Under the pieces are notes generated by a model. It did no database searches. It had not been told where the DNA came from and worked only from the letters and a program-made list of their open reading frames with translations. A stretch of 64,000 bases of DNA from Chrysomallon squamiferum (taxonomy: Eukaryota; Animalia; Mollusca): positions 12,214,001 to 12,278,000 of the forward strand of contig CM022671.1 of NCBI GenBank assembly GCA_012295275.1, read 5' to 3'. Of the stretch, positions 13,296 to 50,793 are shown piece by piece. The first letter of the stretch is position 1. Every line of letters begins with the position of its first letter. A program made the translations under genes and the position numbers.

Positions 13296-16200
13296 CACAG
13301 ACTGACATGTTAGATAAATACATCTGTTATATGTTCACATTCAAGGATGTCTTGTTATAGCATATATAAGTGTTCCTTTTTAAGTCATGTAAACTGTAAG
13401 TTCCGTTTTAGGTGACATAAAACAAATTTCAAAAATTCTTTACTATCACTCTGAATATGTGTCAGGTTCATACTGTAATTACTATGTTAACTACTAATGT
13501 TTGATATTAATGTAAGAAAAAACATAAGCAGAAGTTAATGTTAATATATCTTAAAAATACAGATTAACAACATATATGCAAGAAATGTTTTAGTGACAAA
13601 AGTAGACAGTTTGGAGAGGTGAGGACACAAGGATAAAAAAAAAAAATTCTCTACCTTATTTTCCAGTTCTTTAATCACTTTCAAATCACACACATTGCTG
13701 GATCATCTGTTACAAAATCACTTGACCAATGTTAGCTAAATTAACACCTGGGTGTAGTTTGTGAAATAATTTTATTTATTGATCTCCATCAGTATTAATT
13801 GTTCATTTTTAATTTTAATTCTTGCCATTATACAAAATGTGTGACATCATTTTATTTTAAATTTTACTTTCTAAATGTCAGAAACCTTTTTTTTCCCCTC
13901 ATTGTGTCTATAGCATCATTATTAACTGGTTGTAGAATAAGAAGTTTAATATTCCTTCCCAGACTATTGATATATTTATTGCTATTATTATACACAGCTT
14001 TTATTTCTGCTGGTTGTACCTGATGCTGCAGAATACATACCAAAAACAATAGCTTATTTTTATTTATTTATTTATTTTCATTTAGAGCAGGCAAGGTTGT
14101 GTTATGTGAAGTTTTTGGAAGTTTTTAATTTACACTATTATAACTTGTATCACTATTTTAATTTCAATTAGTGCTTCTGTGTCAACAGCAATGAAATGGA
14201 GCAAGAAACTAATCAACAACAGGTTCAACTGAGATTTAATAGTGATAACTTAAATAAATGTTTCTGTTTGATTCTGTCACAATTATTAGCAGTGAATTTT
14301 CAAATATGTGACACACGAGTTAACAGTTTATGCAGTTTGTGTTGGTAATAGTTTAGCCAGACTTTTATCAAAATAACCAGGCAAATTTAGCTACTCATTT
14401 CCATGACAATCATGATACAAATGTAACTTTCTTTAACACCAGCACAAATTTATATTTGCTCACAATGTTTTGTTAATTTAAGACAGGTAAAATCAGAGAT
14501 GGAAATATTTAAGATTATTATGTAGGTACCTTCAACCATTTTTATGCTTTCTTTTTCTTCTTTGAATGATAGTTCAGTGTATTCATATAATTAAATATAA
14601 TAATTTTATTTTACAGTTGATCTGTATGTCAAGTTATTTATGTCAGTAAATAGTTCAAAGAACAAGTGATGGATTGTATTTTGAAATGTTTACTTCAGTT
14701 TTCAAAGTAAGGGAACTGACCAAATAAAGTAAGAAATGCCATTGCCAAAGCGCTATAGCACGTTTTAAATTTGTTATTATTTTATTACTTGCAGTATAAA
14801 ACTATTATAAAATAATTATCTTTCTGTAGATAGATTTTGTAAAATAACATTCACCTCAAGAAAAACAACTGTTCACATATATTTTATAAAAGTCAACACA
14901 TTATGTTTACAAATTGTGTACTGGTTGCACAGGCAGAAACCTTTAATGTCCATTGAAGTAAAATTTTAGTTCAAGTTCTTGAAAGAGTATAGAAAAAAAC
15001 AAATTATATTACCTTAGTGCTGTGTTCTTTTTATACTGTTATTTTTATATCAATTTTATAATTCAGAACTACATGACGTTTTATTAAACAAAATTTTCAC
15101 TAGCACTGTATGCAATGTTTTTACAGTTCACCTGATATTTATCAGTAATATTTAATAACTTTGGAACATATAGACTTTATTTTTAGTTTCATTTTTTTTT
15201 TTTATTCTTTTTTATTCTTTTTTTTTATTTAATATTTTTTAAAGTCATACACTGATAAAATTTTGTTTATGGAAAATAAATTAATAAGTAAACAAGAGAA
15301 ACTAAATTTGATGGCACGAGACTACAATTTGTATATCTGAAATATATTTGCTGTTCACTTGAATGTGTTAAATGGCTACTAAATTGTACCTCTGTTGTTG
15401 TCTATTGTACATGTACATAGATTTCAAATTATTTATTTATAGCACATTATACCTCATTGTTTTGTTCTCTCATTGTATCACTTTACTCTTGATGTTAGTG
15501 ACTATATTTATTTTCTGTGGTTTGTTACATTTTAAATGTTAGTTGTGATTGCAGTAATTTTGTTTCTGGTTTTTTTCTTCTTTTTTCCGCATTCCAAAAT
15601 GTCCATATAATGGTGCATTGATTTTTAAAAATATTTTAATGCATATATATATACTTTGTTTTTATACTTTGTTATTGTTTAATTCTATTTCTTTAAAGTG
15701 TGTGAATTCATTCAACATGGAGTCTAAATAAATTTTCTGTACTTTCAAATTTTTATAGGTTTTAAACAATGAATCTTTTCAAATAGTAAAATAAGACAAA
15801 TGAGGTTACTGAGGATGTTTGAAGCTGATGTGTTTTTTTTGTCATGATAAGTATTCATCGATAATAAATGGGAATAAAAATAAAGTCTGTAATGGTGCAC
15901 ATAGGCTGACATTTTCCATTTTATCACGTCATTATATAAAGAGAAATATTTTTCAAAATCAGTTTTGCACATGATTTACCAAGTGTGTGTGAAGTAGAAA
16001 CAAATTAAACATGGAGGTAATTTATTTAAGCCATGTAATGATCTATACTACAGACATTCATTGCACTACATGTATCTCTTGTACTTTATCCAGAAGTCTC
16101 TGACATTTGTCTTGCCGTATTAAGTACATATATGTGTATATTAAATTACATATATTAATTCAGATCTCATTTTTATTTATGTACCTTTAATACCTTTCAG

Positions 16201-19200
16201 ACATTGTGTTCACATTTTATAGAGAGGATGATTTTCCATTTCAATTTCACGTGAATTTTTTTTTTATTCTTTTATTAAATATTTTAAAAAGATAGTTTTT
16301 TGCATAACTAAATTTCATGTTCTGTAAATTTTTCCAAAATCAGAGAAAATCATCTTCTCTTAACCAATATAATAGTTTTAAAAATAAATGATTGTCAACA
16401 TTTGTCATAGAAAACAAAAACAACCTGGTTATAACCTCAGTGAGTAAGAAATAATGTAAATAAACAGCTATCATTATCCTGGTGCTTTCATTCATGGTTC
16501 ATATTCAGATAAGTTTTAGTTTTACATGTGGGTTTTAGGCGGCAATAGTTTTTAATTTTTAACATATGGTGGTTGAGTTTTTAAATGTATTTCACACTCA
16601 AAGAAGCAGAATATTATATCTGAATTTCTATAGCCTTAAAAGGGCTTGAATTGTTTCATGGGTATTTTATTTTTTATTTTTATTTTTATTGATATCTTAA
16701 ATGCTTTTAACAAGAATTATTTTAAGTTATTAACATTAATATTTCTGAGGGAAATGGTTGTTATTGGTGATAAAATAAATGCTCATTTTGTCATTTTATA
16801 ACCCTAAACTACTTCAGCAGCATCTACTTATCGTCTCACCATCAGAATGTAGTTAACACATTGCATATGTAAATAAAACTTAAAGGGGAAAGGACAGGTT
16901 ATTATGGTACAAAATATTTTATTTCATTAGATGTTTTATATCCTTTATAAAGAAATAATATGACTTGGCTTTTCAGAACAAACCTCTGTTTTTCTATATC
17001 ATTTTTCTAAATTTTTCTTCTTTGATTTATTATATATATTATTTATATTATAAGGCCTTTAAGACAAATAATATTAGCATGTTTTAAATTATATTTATTA
17101 CCAGAAAGGAACAAAATAATGTAAAATGTTTCTTAGTGTGCCAAAACAGATAGAATATTTTTATAAGCCTAATGCTAGGTCCACATGCTGCATGAATTCC
17201 AAAGAAGTAGGCTTTCAACACAACATTTATAAGCATATTTATAATGTTTTTTTTAATGCTGTACACAACTTTTGATGTATGAAATGTCTCAGTGCTGTGC
17301 TAATGCTTGTACTGATTATATCTGCCAATACCTGCCTGGGGTTGATGCTAATCAAATACATTAGTTTTCTGGTAGGTTATTAACAAACATTGTATTTATT
17401 TATTTATTGGTGCTAGTGAAATGTCCTTTATGTATAGCTAGCTGAAGAAAAATAATATATATTTTTTTGTTTTGCACCCCCAAAATGTCAGGAATATATC
17501 ACATATTAATCATGACATATTTGAATTGTGGGCCAATAAATAACCTGAAATATACAGAACAAAATGTTTGGTGTTATTTTTACTAATTTATCTCATTTCT
17601 GTTTTATGTTTATTAACTTTAATGGAATTGTGGCTTGATAGGTTTAAAGAATTCAGACTCAAAACAAGTTTTTGTGCTTGGCACTGAAAGTGATATATAT
17701 GTGTATGTATATGTTTGTGTGTGTGTAAGAACAAAAAAGTAGTTAGGTTTCTAAATAAAGAAAAATTTGAATATGGTTCATATATAGATAACATTTATAC
17801 AGAAAGGCATTTTATCTTCAATATTTTAAAATCCACATGATTACAAAAATAACAAAAATTATTCTATTTTTTTTCCGTTGATCTTTGTAAACATTGTTTT
17901 CAATTATAATTTAAATAATTATTCACTAAATTTTAAAACTGTTAGTATTTTATTTTTAGACTGCTTTTAATGTGAATGAACAACTGCTGAACAAGAAAAT
18001 AATATGTTATCATGCAGTAATTATTTTTCTAGCCTAGAGGAAATCATTCAGTTGGCTATTATGATTATGGTGGTGAACAGCAACAAAGGTGACAAATCCT
18101 TTTGTTAGGTAAACAACATTAATTGATGCTTAACTAAAGTGCCAACAGACCATAGATTATAGTTTTATTTCAAACATAAAATGCAATTTCTGCGTGAATA
18201 TAAACAAGTACATTTATATGCAAATCAATAGTCATTGATAAAGAATGGTGAATGAAAATAAAACATCCACAGACACTCCACACTTAACAACCTATCTGTT
18301 TAATGAGTGCAAGCATTTGAGATCAGACCTCCAACTAGTTGGTATTATACACTGTACAAGAACTTTGATCACTGAAAGTGCAGAATGGCATCTGGCGACA
18401 AACATATTTCACATCCATTCTCAGTGTCGTTTCTGCAGGTAGACCTGAAATATTAATAGCAAGTATTAGATCGAACTGAATACAAGTACTGATTACAGAC
18501 ATCCTAGTAACACACCAAAGCACTTTCCATGGTCTGCACATGCATCATGCATATGTTCCATGCTTGTGCATGTGTTGTTATCTTGAATTTCTGTTTCATC
18601 CTTATTTTTACTCATTTTCAAAAAATATCCAATATTATGTTAGATATATAATCGGCTTCCTCTTTGTATTCTATTCTTGACATGTGAACTTTTAAAGAAT
18701 GGTGAATCAATAGACAAGTGTAGTGTTTCAAAATAATCATTGTGTGACTAAGGTAAGCTTATTTGTGACATTAATTATATTGCAAGTTGCAGATTGTGCC
18801 ATTCTGTCATATCCTGTGAAATTTCATACAATTTTATTAAGTTGAAGGTACTTAATTTGTTACCAAAATCAGTGATGGTCTCAGAAATGACATGGCCATA
18901 GCAAAAAGGTTGATGTTTTAGTTGATTTTGGGTGATTTAGTAATTATTCCAATTTTAAATATTTTCTTTCTGATAAAGATGCTGATATGAAGACAATTCT
19001 TAGCGAATTAGATTTTTATGATTTTATTTTTTTAGATCTCTATTATCAAGATATAACACAAATTAATATAATTAATGCCATTAATCAATTGGTTAAAACA
19101 AAAAAAAATAATAAAGGTTAGCAAAATACTTGAAAATGTAAAGTCTCCTACCACTCATGATCTTTTTAGTGCAATTAATTCATTAAAATTCATGAATGTA

Positions 19201-19691
19201 AACAAGATTCTTAAAAATACAGTATATTGGTTTGAATCAATGAGATATTCAGTGTTTATGTTGGCAAGTGATTGAACAAATTATATTTGCACTTTAGATT
19301 CTGAAAGAAAAATAACAGCAGACTATTCAGATAAAAAGTTGTATATTTTCTCATATCAATGCTATTAAAGATATCTTGATGTCATTTTAATCAGATTTTT
19401 TTGTCATTGGTTTCTTTCTTTCTTCTGCTTTTATTATTACTTTTTAAACTTTCTTTCTGATAAATAATTTTGTAGGAAAATTATATTTTAGAACATTTTG
19501 TTCCATACCTAGTGGTGTGTGTATGTGTGTGTGTGTATATATATATGACTCAATATATAGCTAATGAAGTGGTTCTCAAAATACTTAATTAGGATTAGTT
19601 TATTTTTATTATTAATATTCTTTTTCTTTTTATAAGTGCTTTTAATTTAAAGCTTTATCTTAAATATAGTCATAAAATGATTATTGAAATG

Positions 19692-19723
<32 letters not shown>

Positions 19724-21711
19724 GAATTGTTTTAAATTTTAAATTAAAATTTTTATTTTTTTTTTAATGTCATTTTGTATATGTGTATGTATTAATGAGA
19801 GAGAGGGGCATATAAAAGGAAGTTTGATGAGAAAAGCAATCAGTTGATTCACAGGTGGATTTCTTTATGATTAATGTCTGTATTGAGTCATAGATCATTA
19901 GATGACAGAAAAGTGCTGTGATTTTTAATTTAGATAGTAACAGAAATATTTATATCAAACTATGGTTAAGAATCATACAAACAATGAGATAGAAAACACA
20001 CTATTGCCAAACACTGTGTTCATTAATCTTTCCAGTAGCAGCATAGATTTTTAAAATTTATTATTTAATTTATATGCTATTTTTTATGTACCCTTCTTCA
20101 GGCAGGAAATAATTCAGAGGTAGCACCAAGTTGGTAATAATAATAATAAAATACCAAATATATATCTGAAAATGTAAAAACTAGTTGGCCTGTAATATAA
20201 TTGTAACTTTTCATTTCTTCTTAAAACAAACCCCAAAACACACCGTCAAAAAAAAAATAAATAAATAAATAAATAAATAAATAAATTAATTAAAATAATT
20301 ATAATAATACTTAATAGAATAAAATAAAACCACTGAAAATTCAGTAGTCTTCCTAAGCAATTAAAGCTAACAGCTATTATTGTTATCCTTGTATTAATGA
20401 AGTCAAAAATATTAATGTTCATATGCCTCTGTTTCCATGTAAACTAATTGCCTTAATTAATAAGGTTAAAGTTTGTTCTTGGTTTTGCTGGGATAGTCTG
20501 TCACTATCTCTAAATATATATGATTAACACAAACACCTGTTATTACTGTAAGATGTGTAATGGGAGATTTAATTTAAAAATAATTTATTGGGTCTGAGTG
20601 GTATGTCACACTTGAGTGCAATACTGAATATGTAGCAAGAGGTATTTTAATTTCAACAATGAGCAGAATACATTCAGCACAGCACAAAATGAGCACAAAT
20701 GGAAAATGTGTTAAGCAAGGATGGCCTCACGTGACCTGCATATGAGCAAAATGCCTGCTTATACTGCTTAAAAGCCTGCATTCTGTGTCGTGGAAACAAA
20801 TCATGATAAAAAAGACATCTATTTTGTACACTTCATTTTAACTGAATATGTAACCTCTGTAACTTTCTGATTCTGAATTACATAAAACACATTCAGAACA
20901 AAAAATAAAAATAAAACATTGTGAATAAATTCTGTTTTCAAATTATCTTCACTTGGATTGAAATGGTTTTAGGAATCAGAGTTAAGCTAAGGTTTGTGAG
21001 ACAGATATTGGGAAGGATGTAAGTAAATGTTTTAGGTCACTTTGAGAGAAAATATACTAATAATAAGCTTATTTTTAGGTGTAACTAACATATATTTTTA
21101 ATAAAATAAAGTGTTTTCCAGATTTTTCCATTTAAAAATAGTTTGTTAGTCTAAGTGGTATGTTACATTTGGAAATGTCCAACTTCTCTGTATGCTTTTG
21201 CAGACTAAATATGTACTGAAATACATTAACTTGAGGAATATGTAAAAATATATGTGGATTTATTATTTTTTTAATTAATTATTTCCTTTCTACAATAATG
21301 CAAATTAGGCCTTTTATAATGTTTTAACATATGTGATAATTAATTACAGCTATTTATTTTGGGAGCTTTAAAGGAAAGATGCTACATAGATTTTAAACTT
21401 ATTAGGTAATTCATAACCCATTCATTGTCTGTTACTGCTGTCAGAATCATGTATTTCCCTGGCTCAAAAATGTATATAATTCAGTCTCACCCTAAACTGC
21501 CAGATGTCCATATGTTTCTGCTTCAGAAGAAATAACAAAGACAAATTAATGTGCTTTATAGTTTAAAATTCTAAGTCACTTTAAGATATGACTAACCACA
21601 GACAAATGTAATGTTTTTTATCATTTATTTTGATCATTGTAATGAAAATTGTGCTCCCAGTAGGGAAAGAAGTGTTCACTATTCAGTGTTATAAATATGA
21701 ATGGGTACAGC

Positions 21712-21749
<38 letters not shown>

Positions 21750-23469
21750 TTTTTTTTTTTTTATAGCCCCTGAAACTTCAATTCATGAAACATAAGAGAA
21801 AAAAGTCTAATTAACTATGTTCATAATAAAAAAATATATGACCATGAGATTCTTTGTAACTAATTTTTTTTTTTTTTTTTAAGACTATGCACCAATATTA
21901 CTAACATATAATATGAAATTATTTTTTAATCCATTTTCAACTTAGAAATGATCAGTACATTACAAATGAAAGAAATTTGAAAATGTAAATTAACTTCCAC
22001 TTTGGGATTTAAAAAAAAAGATATATATATATTTATAAAATTTATATCAGACCCTTTAGTTGAAAAGGCATTAATTTAAAAATAAAAAAAAAATAAATGA
22101 AAAAGAGAATAAAAGCAACATCTGTACATTAACAAATGACAAATGTTAAAATGAATTCATTCTTTCATTTTCCTTCAGCATCATTTTAATAACCTTATAA
22201 TTGTAACAAACATATTTTAATTATAAAGATTTAAATAAAATCTTGAAATATTATCATTTATAACTTCATGAACAACAAAGTGTTCAGAATCAGTATTTAC
22301 GTACTTACTATTTGAAACTGGGTTCCAAAGTGAAAATTATGGGTTTTCTTCAAACGGTTTCAAGAGAACAAAACATTTGCATAAAACAGCATTTATTTTT
22401 TTAAACAGTTGATTTCCAGATATTTACATCACGTTTAGCTTTTATAAACAACTGTTTAACAGAGCCACATATTACCCAGTACCTCAGATACACAAAAAAT
22501 TAACATCTGTACAGAATTTGGCATTGCCAGCCTGATACCTTAAAGTATACATTGCACAGATATATAAATACTAAATTACTATTACATAAAGAAAAATGGC
22601 AATGTACCAGCAAATTTATAATTTATGATTTGTAAAAAGAAAATGAAAAAAAGAATGTTCCCTTATTTTTGTACAAAAATACGTTTATTGGGAATATTAC
22701 ATCATTTGCCAATTTTCCAACAAACAAAAATGAATGAAATTCTAGCTGACTAGTAACTTTTGTGATTAAAATTAATTTTGAATAAATTTTCAAGCAGATC
22801 TGTAATTGAAACCTAATTGCTATTAATTTAATTATAAAACAGTTTTCTAAATGAATGACCATGAAATCACAACACCCAATATATACATCTTTAAAAAAAT
22901 TTACATTTCTTTGTTTGGTTTTACACTTTTTACATGCAAAAAAGATATTTGATACCAAAAGCAGTGAAAATCAAAGAAGGCTGACATATTTACTTTCAAA
23001 ATAATTCTCATTTAAATCACTGTCTAACAGACATTGAAATAAATAATACTGAAGCCCAAATTAAAGATTAATATTAAATATATTAAAATTATGAGAAGGG
23101 AAGGAAAAGAAATTGTATTCTATTTTAATAAAAAATGATTTTTAAAACAATATGTTCATGCAGACTTAAACTACAACAAAAATAAACCGCATCCACTTTT
23201 CATATCTGTGATTCATTGTCCAGGATGTTGAGCTTTTTAACAACTGCTGCTCTCTTTCCTCTTGAATCACAGCTAACAGCAATTCAAAACAAAATCCTCG
23301 TAACATTTAGACTTTCTGAAGTTTCATCACAAATCAACTAAGTTTTTTTTTAGTTATTTTTAAATTTGTTTTGTTTAGAAAACAGAAGTAGAATAATCTG
23401 ATGTCAGCCTCCACTGAATACAGCAATCATGGAATATTGTCATATCACCTAACCCTAACTATTTAAACA

Positions 23470-27040
<3,571 letters not shown>

Positions 27041-27684
27041 TGTTAATTAACAATGTTATAAGACAACAAATAAATATGTAAAGTGTAAAATATAAGATTA
27101 CTTCAAACCATAAGCTATAAATACAATTTTGAAAAGTTATCTAAAGTATAAACAGAACAGAAATAGAGATCAATGCCACGTCAGTTTCGCCACTTGAAAG
27201 GCGTGACGTCAAATAATGGCTGTAGATAAATAGACTGGTTACAGAAACATTGCCTCTATCGTAAAGAGCCAAAACGATTTTAAATCATTATTAACGCCAG
27301 CGATAATGTTTTTTTGTTTAAACTGTAAATCAAAATAATCAATCAGTTTATTGAAAATATTAAATAAAAAATAGAAAAAGAAAAATTAAAACAACTACAC
27401 TGAATTTTGTGCTTTGTTTACAATGCATGCGATTACAGCGTGTTTCGTTGTCATTTAAGCTTCTATAAACACAAATATATATATAATTAATTAAATAAAT
27501 AAAATAAAATAATAATAATAATAATTAAAAAAATAAGAGGAAAAAACTGCAATGTTATGTACAATAAGAAGAAAAGACAACAACAGTAATAATATTTCAT
27601 GTATCGCAGGAACCAAAATTCCTCTGTTTTCTTATAATAACGTAATACTGCAGTAATATTGTTTATTTAATAATAATAATAATG

Positions 27685-27748
<64 letters not shown>

Positions 27749-28043
27749 AATGTTGTTTCTGTTGTCGTTGTTGTGACAAGAACTGCTATGGTTTGTTTAA
27801 ACATGCATATTGTTCATGACATTTTGTTGCCATTTGGTAGAAAGACATATTTTGGTTGAAACTTAGCGTATCATGAAATCTGCGATCAGTGAAACCACGA
27901 AATGTACCGAAAAAGATGAATTGAGGACCGATTAAAGGGAGATAATTATAATCGACAAATGCGTTGCTAGCTGTAACAAACATGGCTTTTGAATGAAGTG
28001 TATACATCTGTGCATCTGCAAAGGCAAACCGTAATATCCCATA
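27041..28043. promoter_or_regulatory. ~1 kb divergent (head-to-head) intergenic region shared by ARF and FBXL13
   Basis: Start codons at 27040 (-) and 28044 (+). Local CpG enrichment. CCACGTCA 27176-27183 (TGACGTGG on the ARF strand), palindromic CRE TGACGTCA 27204-27211, X-box-like GTTGCTAGCTGTAAC 27963-27977. Confidence 0.7.
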
Positions 28044-48192
<20,149 letters not shown>

Positions 48193-50165
48193 AATCTTAG
48201 GTTTTTATAACTTAAATAAATGTTCATCAAACTTTTGGTATTGCCTGAGCCAAAAATACTGGTCCATTGTGAAATGGGTAAATGATGTTGTTAGTGATTA
48301 TTTGTACCATCTGAAAAACACTATCATTACTGGGGAGAAAAAGGAATTTTGGTCATTCGTCATCACGTTGAGAATTAAAACACATCAGCTGGTGTAAAAT
48401 AAAAAACATCTTTTTAAAAGTACTTTTTACTCATTGGTTTGTTAATATAATCAATATTTATTTGTATAAAACTTTAAATAAAAATAATAAAACATGTGAA
48501 ACTTGCAGGAAAATAGGTGGCAGTGCCTGAATCATGATGGTTATAAATTGTTAATTTGAATATGGATGTGAAATATTCTGACCAAAGACAACAGTTTGCA
48601 TAAATACTATGTTACAGTGGCCTTGTACATAAAATATACTGTCATAGTTTTGATTTTATAAACTTTTTATTTAGTGGGGATTTCTTTTTAATAATTTTTA
48701 TTACATTCCTGTTATTGCTTTTTAATAAACGGGTAAATATAATTTTATATTGTCATATAAATAAAAAATTATAATAAAAAATTTCTTTTGTTGGTATTAT
48801 TTATTATTTTTATATTGGTTGGAAGTTAGTTTTAAAGCCATTATAAATGTTTTAAAAAACAGAAACTTTTTTTTTTCATCTATTTAGACAAACTAGATTG
48901 TTTGCAGGTTTGTAATTTGTTGATTTTGATCAAAAGCAATTTAAAAATATTTTTTTACACAAAAAATGCATTCTCTATGCTAGTAGAATCCATAGTGAAT
49001 TTTCAAACCATAAACACTAAAATTACATTATTTTATATAAGTGCCCTGAACATGCACAGTTTTTGTGAATTTACTGGGACTTGTGGAACATACATATGCC
49101 TGAAGATAAGGCAGGTCAAACATAAAAAAACAAGTATCTTATTTTTCAAAATACTTTCCTTCAAAAAATAAAATAAAAAAGGTAATGATTTTGATATACT
49201 TTCTACATTTTGTTAAACTGCCAAATATGTTTTTATGACATGAATTGTTAAGTGCTCATAAATTTTTGAAAATTGCCAAAGAAGTATATAAGTACAAGAT
49301 CTAATATGATTACAGTATAAAACTAAGTCAAACTTTTCAAAAGGCACCTTTATTACATAATGATTAATATCTTTGTAAGGAACAGACACATTTAAAATCA
49401 CTATTAGAATCAGATAGTTCAGCACCTTTGTTTTTACAATATATTGTCCATTAATTGCCATTTTGGTTCTTTTTAATAGCACTGAACAAGCATCTACATT
49501 GAGACAAAATTACTATATTCATTTGCATACAATAAAATTTATTATAGTAGTATTAATGTCATGTATAACAGATTAAAGGAATTTAGTAACTGCACTGAAG
49601 TAGGAATTTAGATAAATGGCTGTGATGCAATGCAATTAGAGAAAGCTAACACAAACTGTATGACATCAACAAAAATAAACTTTTGAATTACATAAGAATT
49701 CTTTCAAATATATCCACAGCAAAATCCTGAAAAATATCGTTAAAAAATATTACTACTCAATTAATTTTCAGAAGACTTCAAAATCATGTATAAAACAGTT
49801 ATCAAAATGGTCCCTTTGGATCTATCAGCAACTAAATACTAAAGAAGTAACTTTAACAATATATAGATTGACAGACAAATAGATAGATAGATGATCCTGA
49901 ATATTTCACAGTCTGTAGTTTGTCTAAATATTTCAGAGTCTGTAAAATGCCTGACTTTTCATGAAAAATGAAAAATCCATTGGCAGCAATTGTTGTAAAG
50001 GTTAACACAAATAATGATAAGATTCTGTATTGTTTAATTTTGTAATTTATCTCAGAAAAGATATCCATTGCCTAGCACCCAAAGAACAGAGAACTTTAAC
50101 CTTCGATACTCAGTTAGAAAGTGGATTATGTATTATTATTATTTTCGTGCTAGTAATTGTAGTAG

Positions 50166-50166
<1 letters not shown>

Positions 50167-50232
<66 letters not shown>

Positions 50233-50243
50233 CTCTGTCTCTC

Positions 50244-50245
<2 letters not shown>
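50167..50245. repeat. (CT)n microsatellite
   Basis: About 30 perfect CT units plus a degenerate tail. Confidence 0.95.
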
Positions 50246-50274
<29 letters not shown>

Positions 50275-50669
50275 CGTCAAGCAGCAATATCATGTTGTTA
50301 TTATTATTATTATTATATATTAATAAGGAAGAAATGAAATATAATAAAACTGAGATATATGTTCATTATGTGAAATTTTACCACTTTATTCAAACTAGGT
50401 TATTCAAGTCGTAGATGTTTATTGCGTATTCCTCCCAGATTATCACTATCTCTCCTCCTGTCGTCCCTACAATTTATCTAATTCTCCCTTTTTTCTGTAT
50501 CTAATTGCTAGTATTGTTATTACTATTTCTATACTGCTACTAACTCTGTTGCTGGTGCTGCAGCTGTTACTACTACTACTACTACTACTACTAATAATAA
50601 TAATAAAATTTATTTAATGTATCGTGAGATCCAATGGCAACCTCTATACCGTTAGAGTTAATTCTCCTT

Positions 50670-50695
50670 CCGTTTCCGGAGTCTTCAAGCTAAAC
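50670..50695 (+). promoter_or_regulatory. Tandem ETS/GABP-like motifs upstream of the zinc-finger gene
   Basis: ccttccgtttccggag, a CpG-containing pair of TTCCG cores ~110 bp before the proposed ATG, in otherwise CpG-poor DNA. Confidence 0.35.
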
Positions 50696-50741
50696 AAAAT
50701 ATTTCTTATAATGGAGTTATTAGGAAAATAAATCATACATA

Positions 50742-50776
<35 letters not shown>

Positions 50777-50793
50777 TTTTCATATTTTACATA

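Noticed and set aside
23448-23461. Telomere-like CCTAACCCTAAC (also ~3726)
   Set aside because: Only about two units, as expected by chance.
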